From Bdellovibrionales bacterium (lineage in GTDB: Bacteria > Bdellovibrionota > Bdellovibrionia > Bdellovibrionales > UBA1609): DNA of 64,000 nucleotides. Positions 9,628-19,182 of this stretch are shown here, one piece after another. Position numbers and translations under genes: made by a program. The notes below the pieces were generated by a model. The model saw nothing but the letters and a program-made list of their open reading frames with translations. It did no database searches and was not told the origin of the DNA. The stretch is from positions 10,395-74,394 of the forward strand of contig JAHDFM010000019.1 of assembly GCA_020628165.1 (NCBI GenBank), read 5' to 3'. How positions within the stretch are numbered: position 1 is the first letter of the stretch; every line of letters begins with the position of its first letter.

Positions 9628-11292
9628 ATGTCAAAATATCTGTTCGTTATAGTTAACGTTCTTTTTCTCTTAACGCTTTCAAGCACTGTGCAGGCTGTAC
9701 CCTTTGAAGGTTCGAAATTGTTAATCTCCTGCCAATCGCCCTATGCCGTGCAAGCTGGTAAAAAAATAGCCGCTCGTGGAGGCAATGTTGTTGACGTTGC
9801 AGTGACCGTAGCTTTGGTTGAAGCAGTAACCTCACCTTACTTTGCAGGTCTCGGCGGAGGTGGGTTTGCTTTGATCCGAGCCAAAGATAAAACTGAAGTT
9901 TTAGATTTCAGAGAAACGGCACCAAGTGCCACTCATCCTAATTTTTACTTGAAGCTAGGAAAAAAAGCATCGCAAGTGGGCGGAGCTGCTGTTGGAATTC
10001 CTGGTATCCCTGCCGGGCTTTGGGAGATGCATAAAAAGCACGGCAAGCTGCACTGGAGCCGTTTGTTTGAAGACGCCATTAAGTATGCCAACAAAGGATT
10101 TGAAGTGTCTGGCGAATGGGTCAACCGTACCAAAAAATCTGAAAAAAAATTCAATGCTGCCGGTAAAAAGTATTTTTTTAAGAAAGGTGGCAAACCCTAT
10201 AAGCCAGGCGAAACTCTAAAACAAAAAGAATTAGGCAAAGTTTTAAAAGAAATGCGCAACCGCAATGTCGTGCCTTTTTACCGAGGAGTCGTCGCTAGAG
10301 ATATTGTCGAAAGTGTAAAAAAAGCCGGTGGTGTGATTACCATGGACGATATGAAGTCTTACAAGGTAAGATGGCTTGAGCCGATGACCACCCAATATAA
10401 AGGTCACAAACTTTATTTAATGCCACCGCCAAGCAGTGGTGGAATTGTCATCACCTCCGCTTTGAAAATGCTTGAAAAAATGAAAGTAGATAAAATGACG
10501 CCTTTTTCAGGAAAAGAGTTGCATCACATTGGTGAAATCTTAAGTCGCTCCTTCAGAGGGCGCGCCCTTTTAGGTGACCCCAAGTTTCACAGCAACCCGA
10601 CCGACTTTTTACTTTCTGATAAGTACATCACCAAAATGATCAAAAGCATTGATGACGATGAAACTGAAAAGATCAAACCTTTACTAGACAAAGACATCGT
10701 CAATGAAAGCAATGAAACCACACACATTTCAGTGATGGACAAAGACGGTAACGCTGTATCAATGACGATCACTTTGAATGGCAACTATGGCTCAGGTGTT
10801 GTGAGTGAAAAGTATGGTGTGGCCCTTAACAATGAAATGGATGACTTTACTACCAGGCCTGGACAAGCAAATATGTTTGGCTTGATTCAAGGTAAGGGCA
10901 ACTATGTTCAACCTGGTAAAAGACCTTTGAGCTCAATGAGCCCCACTCTAGTCGAAAAAAATGGCAAAATCATTTTAGCCATCGGCTCCCCAGGTGGTCC
11001 TAAAATCATCAGTTCTGTGATTCAAGGTTTGTACCGTATTCTTGCTAAAGACATGGACCTTGACCGCGCTTTACAAGCCCCAAGGGTTCACCATCAGTTC
11101 CTTCCACATAAACTATTTATTGAAAAGAATTTCAAACCCTCGAGCTATGCCATTGAAGAACTTAAAGATTTTGACCACATCATTGAAGAACACAAGTGGT
11201 GGGCCCGCCTCTATGCTGTGCGCTTGCGAAGTGATGGTATCTTAGAAGCTGCTTATGATTCACGCGGTGAAGGTGCCGTTGGCGGTTTATAA
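9628..11292 (+). CDS. ggt: Gamma-glutamyltransferase (exported)
   Basis: DFRETAP, NETTHISV autoprocessing Thr, NNEMDDF, RPLSSMSPT, GSPGG. Signal peptide from MSKYLF. Confidence 0.95.
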   Translation: MSKYLFVIVNVLFLLTLSSTVQAVPFEGSKLLISCQSPYAVQAGKKIAARGGNVVDVAVTVALVEAVTSPYFAGLGGGGFALIRAKDKTEVLDFRETAPSATHPNFYLKLGKKASQVGGAAVGIPGIPAGLWEMHKKHGKLHWSRLFEDAIKYANKGFEVSGEWVNRTKKSEKKFNAAGKKYFFKKGGKPYKPGETLKQKELGKVLKEMRNRNVVPFYRGVVARDIVESVKKAGGVITMDDMKSYKVRWLEPMTTQYKGHKLYLMPPPSSGGIVITSALKMLEKMKVDKMTPFSGKELHHIGEILSRSFRGRALLGDPKFHSNPTDFLLSDKYITKMIKSIDDDETEKIKPLLDKDIVNESNETTHISVMDKDGNAVSMTITLNGNYGSGVVSEKYGVALNNEMDDFTTRPGQANMFGLIQGKGNYVQPGKRPLSSMSPTLVEKNGKIILAIGSPGGPKIISSVIQGLYRILAKDMDLDRALQAPRVHHQFLPHKLFIEKNFKPSSYAIEELKDFDHIIEEHKWWARLYAVRLRSDGILEAAYDSRGEGAVGGL

Positions 11293-11294
11293 AC

Positions 11295-12140
11295 TTGCTG
11301 AAAACTCTATTTAGTCAAGGTCAGTGGCACATGCTACTGGCAGTTATCTTTTTTTCGATCACTCATGTCAGTGTTAAGAAACTCGCCCACATTCCATTTT
11401 TTGAACTGGTTTTCTTCAGAGCACTGATCTCTATAGTCATATGCATTTATGTATTACAAAAAAATAAGATCAATCCTTTGGGGGTGCGCAAAGGCTTACT
11501 TTTTTTAAGAGGGCTGTTTGGCACCTTTGCACTGTGTTTATATTTTTACCTTTTGCAAGTGATCCCATTAGCCACCTCTGTGTCATTGCAATACTTGAGC
11601 CCAATATTCACGGTGATCATTGCTAGCTTCTTGCTCAAAGAAAAGCTTAAGCTCTCATCTTGGTTTTACTTTTTATTGGCTTTTTTAGGCGTTTTACTGA
11701 TTAAAGGTTTTGATACTAGCATCACTCTTAATCATATTTTAATTGGTTGTGCGTCGGCTATTGGGTCTGGCTTTGCTTATAATTTTGTACGTATGCTTAG
11801 AACCACAGAACACCCCATGGTAGTGGTTTTTTACTTTCCTTTTGTGACCATTCCTTTTGTACTTCCACACACCATCAAGTATTGGGTGACGCCCATTGGT
11901 TGGGATTGGTTTTGGGTGCTGTGTATTGGCCTGTTCACGCAAGCCGCCCAAGTCTACATGACCTATGCCTACCAAAGCGAAAAAGCCTACAAGGTCAGTG
12001 TGATCAATTATGTTGGGCTACTGATTGCCATAGCTGTGGGTTATTTATTTTTTGAAGAATCATTAAATGCTTTATCTATAACTGGAATGTTATTAATTGT
12101 AAGTTCAGTATTTTTAGTTTCGAAGAACAAGCAAAGTTAG
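11295..12140 (+). CDS. DMT/EamA family transporter
   Basis: About 10 TM segments, ELVFFR, LKEK motif. Confidence 0.9.
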   Translation: MLKTLFSQGQWHMLLAVIFFSITHVSVKKLAHIPFFELVFFRALISIVICIYVLQKNKINPLGVRKGLLFLRGLFGTFALCLYFYLLQVIPLATSVSLQYLSPIFTVIIASFLLKEKLKLSSWFYFLLAFLGVLLIKGFDTSITLNHILIGCASAIGSGFAYNFVRMLRTTEHPMVVVFYFPFVTIPFVLPHTIKYWVTPIGWDWFWVLCIGLFTQAAQVYMTYAYQSEKAYKVSVINYVGLLIAIAVGYLFFEESLNALSITGMLLIVSSVFLVSKNKQS

Positions 12141-12322
12141 TTTAAGTAATTAGAACTTTAAAGGTATTAAAATTTGATACGTTTTCTAAAAGTTTCATTT
12201 TTTAAGCATCTACTCACCTTTTATGGTACGTTTTTTGTAATTGAGTAATTTGGAAGTATTTTTAAGCAACTCTCAACGAATTAAGATGTCTATTTAATTT
12301 ACATGAAGGCGAAAATTGTAAA

Positions 12323-13090
12323 ATGAAAACATTAGTTTACTTACTACTTACTAGCATGACCTTCTTATCTATACCTTTGAAGGCTGCGGATAGTTGTGAA
12401 GACAATATTCATATCATTTCACCTTATGAGTATTTCTCACGCGATAATGGCTTAGATGATGACGAAAAAAGACCTTTTTTAGAACAAAACCCTGATTATG
12501 CAGATATTGAGTATGTTGCCAAAGGAAGTGAAGTAACAACTTATGAGATCGATCTTAATTCAGGTGCGAGAAAAGCATTAAAGCTATTCCACAACCCAAT
12601 GCACCCAATTTATAACTTTAGAAGGACTTTTCTTGATTTTTCACTTTTACAAGCAATTATTAGTGAGCTTATTGAAGATTATGGAATTGCTGAAAATCAA
12701 ACTTTTCAAACTTACAAAGAAATAGCACCATATCAACAAGATAAAGGCTATGTGACAGACTTTACTGAAGGCAGAACTCTTCATGATGTGTTAAGTGACC
12801 CTAGTGTTGATCCTGAATATAAAGAAATATTACACAAAAGCTTTTTACAGAAAAGAGACTTAATACTTGAATATATAAAAATAAAAAGTAGTGAGTATGA
12901 CATACAAATAAATACACAGCCAGAAGTTGTCAAAGCTACAACTTATAGAGCTGGTGACAATGAGCTAAAAACTGATTACTTGGAAGTGTCTTTTATTTTA
13001 GAAGGAATAGATTTTCAGTTCACATTCAAAACCGATAATGTTGTTGTTAATACGGCAACTTTTGCATTGACTATTATAGATCCAAAATAA
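12323..13090 (+). CDS. Secreted protein with degenerate protein-kinase-like fold
   Basis: Signal peptide, VAKGSEVTTY (Gly loop), ALKLF (VAIK Lys), VTDFTEGRTLHDVL (hinge), FKTDNVVV...IID. Confidence 0.55.
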   Translation: MKTLVYLLLTSMTFLSIPLKAADSCEDNIHIISPYEYFSRDNGLDDDEKRPFLEQNPDYADIEYVAKGSEVTTYEIDLNSGARKALKLFHNPMHPIYNFRRTFLDFSLLQAIISELIEDYGIAENQTFQTYKEIAPYQQDKGYVTDFTEGRTLHDVLSDPSVDPEYKEILHKSFLQKRDLILEYIKIKSSEYDIQINTQPEVVKATTYRAGDNELKTDYLEVSFILEGIDFQFTFKTDNVVVNTATFALTIIDPK

Positions 13091-13128
13091 AATTATCAAA
13101 AACCTATTGGTACTCTCTATAATACTTT

Positions 13129-13236
13129 ATGACATTTATCACTATTAATGACATAGAAATTCGCTACGATTTTCATGCTGAAAATATAATTGTAGATCCA
13201 AAAACTCTAGAAATAACTCTAATTGATTTTTACTAG
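13129..13236 (+). pseudogene. Orphan fragment paralogous to the C-terminus of the upstream kinase-like gene
   Basis: MTFITINDIEIRYDFHAENIIVDPKTLEITLIDFY aligns without gaps to the last 32 aa of 12323..13090. Confidence 0.65.
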
Positions 13237-13249
13237 TCATATGACTTTT

Positions 13250-14272
13250 TTATTTATTAGTAAACCAGCTCCAAAAATTAGGTCTTTGTTTAGAGATATC
13301 AAAGTGATTACCGTTAAACTCTTTGTAATTCAGTTTAACTTTATAATTTTTTAAAATATTTTTTAACTTTCTAGCTCCGTACTGAAGATTGAACTGATCG
13401 TATTTGCCAACTTCTAAATATATACCGGATAGCTGTTCTATATTTTTTTTTCGTTTTTTTACAAAATGAATGGGATCGTGTTTCAACCAATGCTTCCACT
13501 CTTTGGTGATCAGCTCGCCCATCTTTAAAGAAAAAGGAAACTTTGGTTGTCCTGATTTGGCGCTGGAGTAACAGTGAGCCATGGCGATCACATTGATCAC
13601 AGTGTGAGACTCACGTCGCCTAAAAAATGCACCACTCTTAAGTTCTTCTTTGATTTTTTTTAACCCACCCCATTTTTCTATCAATGGTAAGGCGTGATAA
13701 ATCTCCGGAAGTAAACTCAAAGCAAAATCACAGTCTGGGGCGATAGCGGCTACTTTTCCAAAAATATGAGGGTGATTGCTCCCCAAGTGCAAAGCCCCGT
13801 AACCTCCTGAGGAGCCGCCAGTCACACAAATGTCTTTGGCATGTTTAGAAATATTAAACAATTCATGAATTTTGGGCAGCACTTCTTTAATTATGTAGTT
13901 TTCATAATTACCTACTAGGGGTGAGTTTATAAACTGAGACCCACCCCAAAATGTGAAGGCATCAATAAAAACAACAATGCAATCATCTACTTTTTTTTCA
14001 AAACACCATTCATCTAGGGTTTGTGGGTAGTTTTTTTCAAAAGGCTTGTGACCAAAATACTTAGTGCCGTTGCTGGTAAAGCCCGACAAAACTATCATCA
14101 GATTGTATGACTTTTTATCATTATAGTTTTTAGGTTTTAAAACGAGATTGAATCTTTGGTGAGAGTCTTTGAGGGGATTTTTCTTTAGTTCGTCACTATC
14201 AATAACGAGGGTTTGAATGTCAAATTGTTTGAGGGCGTATGCATAGGTGTTGTTGAGCAATTCGTGATTCAT
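13250..14272 (-). CDS. Alpha/beta-hydrolase esterase (Fes/putative esterase family)
   Basis: GGSSGG nucleophile elbow, GGSQFINS, FNGNH. Confidence 0.85.
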   Translation of the reverse strand: MNHELLNNTYAYALKQFDIQTLVIDSDELKKNPLKDSHQRFNLVLKPKNYNDKKSYNLMIVLSGFTSNGTKYFGHKPFEKNYPQTLDEWCFEKKVDDCIVVFIDAFTFWGGSQFINSPLVGNYENYIIKEVLPKIHELFNISKHAKDICVTGGSSGGYGALHLGSNHPHIFGKVAAIAPDCDFALSLLPEIYHALPLIEKWGGLKKIKEELKSGAFFRRRESHTVINVIAMAHCYSSAKSGQPKFPFSLKMGELITKEWKHWLKHDPIHFVKKRKKNIEQLSGIYLEVGKYDQFNLQYGARKLKNILKNYKVKLNYKEFNGNHFDISKQRPNFWSWFTNK

Positions 14273-15262
14273 TTAGGATGATTTTCTAAGTATTTTTTTA
14301 TCTTTGGGCTCGAGAAGCACTGACTCATCTTTATCAAAATCATAGTAATGAACTCGGTTGCGTCCGTTTTCCTTAGCGTCGTAGAGGGCTCGGTCGGCAT
14401 GTCTTACAAAGGTTTTAGCATCTATGCCTTGAGTGCCACTGAACACAGCAAACCCCATACTCACGGTCAGCTGAATTTCATAATCGTTGCTCTTAAAGGT
14501 GTTGCTTTCTATTCTATCTCTTAAACGTTCAGAAAAAGATTTGGCCCCTTCGAGGCTTGTTTCAGTAAGTACAACCAAAAACTCATCGCCTCCGTAACGG
14601 GCAGCGAAGTCAATTTTACGTATGTTCTCTTTGATGATTCGCCCTACTTCTGAAAGAACAAAACTTCCAAACAAATGATCATGACTGTCGTTCACTCGTT
14701 TAAAATGATCCATGTCCATCATAATCACACACAGGCCACGCTCATATCTTGAGGCGCGTTCAATTTCGTGATCTAATTTTGAATACAGTGATCTCATATT
14801 AAAAAGGCCCGTTAGATCATCTATATCGACGAGCTCTTTGAGCCTAGCGTTGGCTACGCGCAAGTCATCGTGTAGTTTTTTAATGCGAAGCTGAGTACGC
14901 ACTCTGGCGAGCAGCTCACCAGTGTCATACGGCTTACAAATATAATCATCAGCACTTGCGTCTAAGCCTCTGATGATGTCTTCTGTATTAGATTCTCCTG
15001 AAACAAAAATAGTGGCTACGTACTCGTTGTTTGCTCTTAAATACTTCAAAGTGTCCAAACCGTTCAGACCTGGCATATTGATGTCTAATAAAACTAAGTG
15101 TGGGTTGTAGTGATTAATTTTGGTAATCGCTTCACGGCCTGAGTTAGCAGACTCCACTGTGTAACCTTCCCACTGGAGGGCTTTTGTTACTATTTTGATA
15201 CACTCTGGGTCATCATCAACTACTAAGATCTTCTGTCCAAAACTCTCTAACTTCGTCACCAT
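14273..15262 (-). CDS. Response-regulator diguanylate cyclase (REC-GGDEF)
   Basis: REC domain (VVDDD, LLDINMPG), RKID I-site and intact RYGGDEF. Confidence 0.95.
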   Translation of the reverse strand: MVTKLESFGQKILVVDDDPECIKIVTKALQWEGYTVESANSGREAITKINHYNPHLVLLDINMPGLNGLDTLKYLRANNEYVATIFVSGESNTEDIIRGLDASADDYICKPYDTGELLARVRTQLRIKKLHDDLRVANARLKELVDIDDLTGLFNMRSLYSKLDHEIERASRYERGLCVIMMDMDHFKRVNDSHDHLFGSFVLSEVGRIIKENIRKIDFAARYGGDEFLVVLTETSLEGAKSFSERLRDRIESNTFKSNDYEIQLTVSMGFAVFSGTQGIDAKTFVRHADRALYDAKENGRNRVHYYDFDKDESVLLEPKDKKILRKSS

Positions 15263-15268
15263 GTCTAA

Positions 15269-15296
15269 ATAATATAATAAATTTGGCAGATTGCAA
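15269..15296 (-). promoter_or_regulatory. Sigma70-type promoter of the diguanylate cyclase gene (leaderless geometry)
   Basis: TTGCAA-16nt-TATTAT, 6 nt before ATG 15262, no SD. Confidence 0.45.
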
Positions 15297-15399
15297 AATC
15301 ATTGCCCCATTACAGGTCAATAAACTGGGCAAATTTTGCTCTTTTATATAGGTGTTTCTAATTAAGACTAGACCAAATGAAAAAACTTTTACTTAACTC

Positions 15400-15431
15400 A
15401 AAAGAGAGCACTCCTTAGATGGAGTGCTCTC
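15400..15431 (-). terminator. Intrinsic terminator downstream of the lipoprotein gene
   Basis: Perfect 11-bp stem GAGAGCACTCC/GGAGTGCTCTC followed by TTTT on the minus strand. Confidence 0.75.
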
Positions 15432-15477
15432 AATAACACCAAGCCCTCAAAATTGGCTCACTCATTTATAAATTCTA

Positions 15478-16746
15478 TTAAAAGAGGAAGCCTCCATGGG
15501 CCAAATGGAATTTTTCAATGGCTGAGCGACATTTTGATGTATGTTTGTAGGGATGCATAGGACCATAGTCAAGAAATTCAAAGTCTGAAAATTCAGTATA
15601 CCCCTCAATATTTATAGCTTGAAAGGCTTGCGAATCTGATGAAGAAAATGGGTAGAGTTTTACCTCTTCAAACTTATAGTTAAAGCCTCGGTATTTTATT
15701 TTTTTATACATTGCTTTGCGCGATTTAGATAACTTTAAACAATCAAATTTTTTATAAACAGGATCTTTTAACCCCGGTAAATACAGGCTCATAGATAACT
15801 CTTGTGTTGATTTTGCAGCAACCCTTACAATGTAAAAATCATCTTTCTCTTTTATAAGACTGTTCTCTTCAAATGCAGCGACTAACTTTAGCTGATCGTA
15901 TGCAATGGTCCAATTTTTACCTAAAAAGAAGTGAGTGTAGACATTTACACTTAAAAACAAGTCTTTTTTATAAATCAAATATTCCCTAGCAACACCTTCA
16001 TCATTGGTAATTTGCAAGTCACCCATATCAATGGTTGTGTTTGGCTCGTATTTTTTCTTATGAAGCGTTGGTTGAAAATGCAAGTTTGGTCTTTGTATCT
16101 GTTGGTTGATTGTGAAAGGCTTAGAGATAATGATTTTGTCTTTTTCTTGACCATACAGCAAACAATCGTACTTTCTGAGACTCACACCAAAATCAATGTC
16201 TAATTTGTTGTAAACGACCCCGCCACAACTCACAGAATAAGGTGTTTTTTTAATATCATCCATCGATATAAAACCCTTTTCGGCGATTGTTTCCGGAAGA
16301 GTTTCAATATGATTGATATTGTTTTGCTCAATTGAAACTCTCAAGTCTTGTAATGAAAATAAGTGTTGATTGTTATTTTTATCAGTCAATTCAAAATTAA
16401 ACGAGCAAGGTTTGATCACATTGCTGTCATAATTAGAAATCATTTTTTTCGGAACAAGTTCATAAATATAAAAGGTGGTCTTTAAATCCCCTGAATAATA
16501 TTCGATCTCATCTTCACAAGTAGTTACAATTTTTATTTGAACATTTTTAGTTTTTTTAAACTTAATTTTATCTGTCAATGCTAAGACCGATTGAGGCTCA
16601 AAATCACTCAGAAGCAATTCACTGTTATTTTCGCCCTCAATGACAGGCTCAGTCACGCCCCAGGGCTGTTTTGAATCTGTATTTTTTTTGTCTTTACTAC
16701 AGCCTATTAAACTTAAGATCATAAATAATAAAATAATACGGTTCAT
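15478..16746 (-). CDS. Hypothetical lipoprotein
   Basis: AAGGAG RBS, then MNRIILLFMILSLIGC lipobox. Confidence 0.75.
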   Translation of the reverse strand: MNRIILLFMILSLIGCSKDKKNTDSKQPWGVTEPVIEGENNSELLLSDFEPQSVLALTDKIKFKKTKNVQIKIVTTCEDEIEYYSGDLKTTFYIYELVPKKMISNYDSNVIKPCSFNFELTDKNNNQHLFSLQDLRVSIEQNNINHIETLPETIAEKGFISMDDIKKTPYSVSCGGVVYNKLDIDFGVSLRKYDCLLYGQEKDKIIISKPFTINQQIQRPNLHFQPTLHKKKYEPNTTIDMGDLQITNDEGVAREYLIYKKDLFLSVNVYTHFFLGKNWTIAYDQLKLVAAFEENSLIKEKDDFYIVRVAAKSTQELSMSLYLPGLKDPVYKKFDCLKLSKSRKAMYKKIKYRGFNYKFEEVKLYPFSSSDSQAFQAINIEGYTEFSDFEFLDYGPMHPYKHTSKCRSAIEKFHLAHGGFLF

Positions 16747-16906
16747 CTTATCTCCTTTTGTAGAAAAGAAGACCTGTGCAACATTTGGCCTGTCGCTAGA
16801 AGGTGATAAGGACGCTTTCAAAAACAATGCATTCAAAGACTGACATATGTGTTCGAATATTGTATTTAAAATACTCATTTAATTTATATTATTGAAGAGG
16901 TGATTC

Positions 16907-17572
16907 ATGAAAAATATCGCAATTGTCGGCTGTAACAGAGGCATTGGCCTTGCCTTAGCTAAAAAATATAAAGATGAAGGACATCAAGTCTATGGGTTTT
17001 GCCGTAAAACTTCTAATGAACTTAACGAACTCGGTCTCGCCCAAGTGGTGGAAGGCTTTGACGTTTTAAATCCACAGGAACTTGAAAAGCTTATTCAAAC
17101 TAATATTGATGTCAAATTTGACCGACTTTTGCACGTGTCTGGAATCTTAACCTCAGAAAGTCTTGATAACTTCAACTATGAACAAGTCAAAAAACAATTT
17201 GAAGTGAACACCATAGGCCCAATAGCTTCAGTGAAAAGTTTTTTGAGCACCTTGAATGAAAATAGCAAAGTTGGTCTGGTTACTAGTCGCATGGGATCTA
17301 TAGAAGATAACTCGTCTGGCGGCAGATATGGTTATAGAATGTCTAAAGCCGCTTTAAACATGGCTGGAAAAAGTATGGCAATTGACCTAGAACCACAAAA
17401 AATTGGTGTTTATTTACTACACCCGGGATATGTACAAACAGATATGACAGGTAATAATGGAAATATCAACACCACAGAATCGGCTGACGGACTTTTCAAT
17501 GTTTTTGAAAGTAAAACTCTTTCAGACAGTGGTACTTTTTGGCACATGAATGGTGAGCAATTGCCTTGGTAA
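16907..17572 (+). CDS. Short-chain dehydrogenase, CsgA/C-factor-like
   Basis: GCNRGIG, TSRMGSI, YRMSKAALNM, LHPGYVQTDM. Confidence 0.9.
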   Translation: MKNIAIVGCNRGIGLALAKKYKDEGHQVYGFCRKTSNELNELGLAQVVEGFDVLNPQELEKLIQTNIDVKFDRLLHVSGILTSESLDNFNYEQVKKQFEVNTIGPIASVKSFLSTLNENSKVGLVTSRMGSIEDNSSGGRYGYRMSKAALNMAGKSMAIDLEPQKIGVYLLHPGYVQTDMTGNNGNINTTESADGLFNVFESKTLSDSGTFWHMNGEQLPW

Positions 17573-17587
17573 GCATTAGGTTAATTT

Positions 17588-18091
17588 ATGCTCTCATATA
17601 ATTTTTTAAACAAAAGAATGTCTCGTTTACTGCTGCACACTTTATTTTATGTGATGAGCTTTATGTCGGCATCCACTCTTGGGTTATGGTTTGGTGTTCG
17701 CAGCATGGGAGATAATCCAGGAGCCTTGTTTGGGGTATTTGCAGTCTTTATCTATACCTACCTACTGCTACTTGGAATTGAGTTCATCTTTAATAATGGC
17801 CTGCCCTATTTGTGGAAATTTAAAACCGTCACAGTTAAGTCTTTTTTTAACTATGTCATGAATGGTTTGCTACGAATCGTTAGCTTTTTTATTGCCATGA
17901 CCCTCAGTCAGTTTATCTATTCCCTTTTTTATAACGAATATCTCTTATTCATCAACAATGGGTGGCTACAGATTTTACTAGTTTCGGTCAGTTTTTTAAC
18001 TACTGAATTTTTGATCAATCATTTTGTTATGCATACAAATCTGTTTCAGCCGAGCCAACTCAATCATACAAACAACTTTAAAACCTCTTGA
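17588..18091 (+). CDS. Hypothetical 4-TM membrane protein
   Basis: Four hydrophobic segments. Confidence 0.6.
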   Translation: MLSYNFLNKRMSRLLLHTLFYVMSFMSASTLGLWFGVRSMGDNPGALFGVFAVFIYTYLLLLGIEFIFNNGLPYLWKFKTVTVKSFFNYVMNGLLRIVSFFIAMTLSQFIYSLFYNEYLLFINNGWLQILLVSVSFLTTEFLINHFVMHTNLFQPSQLNHTNNFKTS

Positions 18092-18567
18092 ACACTATCT
18101 TGAGTTTCATGTAATGAGGTGTCGATAATCTGTAAATTGCGCTCAGTGGCTTGCACCCTTAGTAATTGAGCCCAATTCATCATATGCTCGTCAGCTAATT
18201 CAGACTGTCCTCTTTCCGTTAGGCGCTTTTTTCTGACCTCATTATTACAGTCAATCAAAACAAGAGTTATAAATTGTTTGCTGTTCACTTTGTTTATTTT
18301 TTCAGTCAAGTACTTAAGGTTCATCTGTCCTTCTAGCAGAATATTTTGATGTCTTTCAAACTCTTGGTCTATTTTATTGAGCCAATAATCTGTAGTTTGT
18401 TCTTGCCAGGCTTGACCGCTACCATACTTTGCTATCATTTCTTCATTAGATGGCACACCCACAGAGTCAAAAAAATAACATTGTACAGATTTTTTTAGTT
18501 TACCAACTTCTTTGCAAATAGTTGTTTTTCCAGACCCTGAAGCTCCTGCTAATATTAATACGGACAT
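18064..18567 (-). CDS. Small P-loop kinase/AAA family protein
   Basis: GASGSGKT, FDSVGVPS, LLEGQ. Confidence 0.8.
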   Translation of the reverse strand: MSVLILAGASGSGKTTICKEVGKLKKSVQCYFFDSVGVPSNEEMIAKYGSGQAWQEQTTDYWLNKIDQEFERHQNILLEGQMNLKYLTEKINKVNSKQFITLVLIDCNNEVRKKRLTERGQSELADEHMMNWAQLLRVQATERNLQIIDTSLHETQDSVQEVLKLFV

Positions 18568-18588
18568 TGTTTACTCACTTTTTATAAT

Positions 18589-19092
18589 TTATTTAAAATG
18601 GTTCACTTCTGGCTCTGAATTCGCCTCTTCAACTATTTCTGGTATAAACTCAAAAGCACTAACACCGTAAGAGTTGAACTCCATACCAAGACTTGTGATT
18701 TGACCAGAGCCATTCATCATTAGTGAGACAACAATCTCTACACCGTTGTTTACAATTTGAATAGACCCTTTTTTTATATGAGTCTCTTTTTCAAAAATTG
18801 ACAATAGTATTGGCTCCTCAATTATCAGAGTCCCAATTTCAGGGTAAGAAGCCCCTTGAAATCCACCTTGTCGAAAAAGAAGGAGATCTTCTGACCACTC
18901 TATAATATCAAAAGCCCCTTGTTCTTGGTGGTTCAAATCAAGCTGTCTGACCTCACCGTTAAACAGTTTCACTTTAATGCCTGTCCCCTGAAATTGTGCC
19001 TCGGAAGACAAGCCCCCTTCATTGAGGTCTTAGGCAAAGGTGATTGAGCTTAGGCAAATTAAAAAAACGACAATCATTTTAAGTGTTTTCAT
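18589..19092 (-). pseudogene. Secreted hypothetical protein interrupted by an in-frame TAA after its signal peptide
   Basis: MKTLKMIVVFLICLSSITFA*DLNEGG runs in frame into ORF 18589..19011. Stop at 19030-19032. Confidence 0.7.
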
Positions 19093-19182
19093 GCTTTAAA
19101 AAATATGCAAATAAGAGACCAACCGTTGCTAAAACCTGTCCATTGCATTTAAAATCATACGAACACAAAAAAAGAGGCGACA

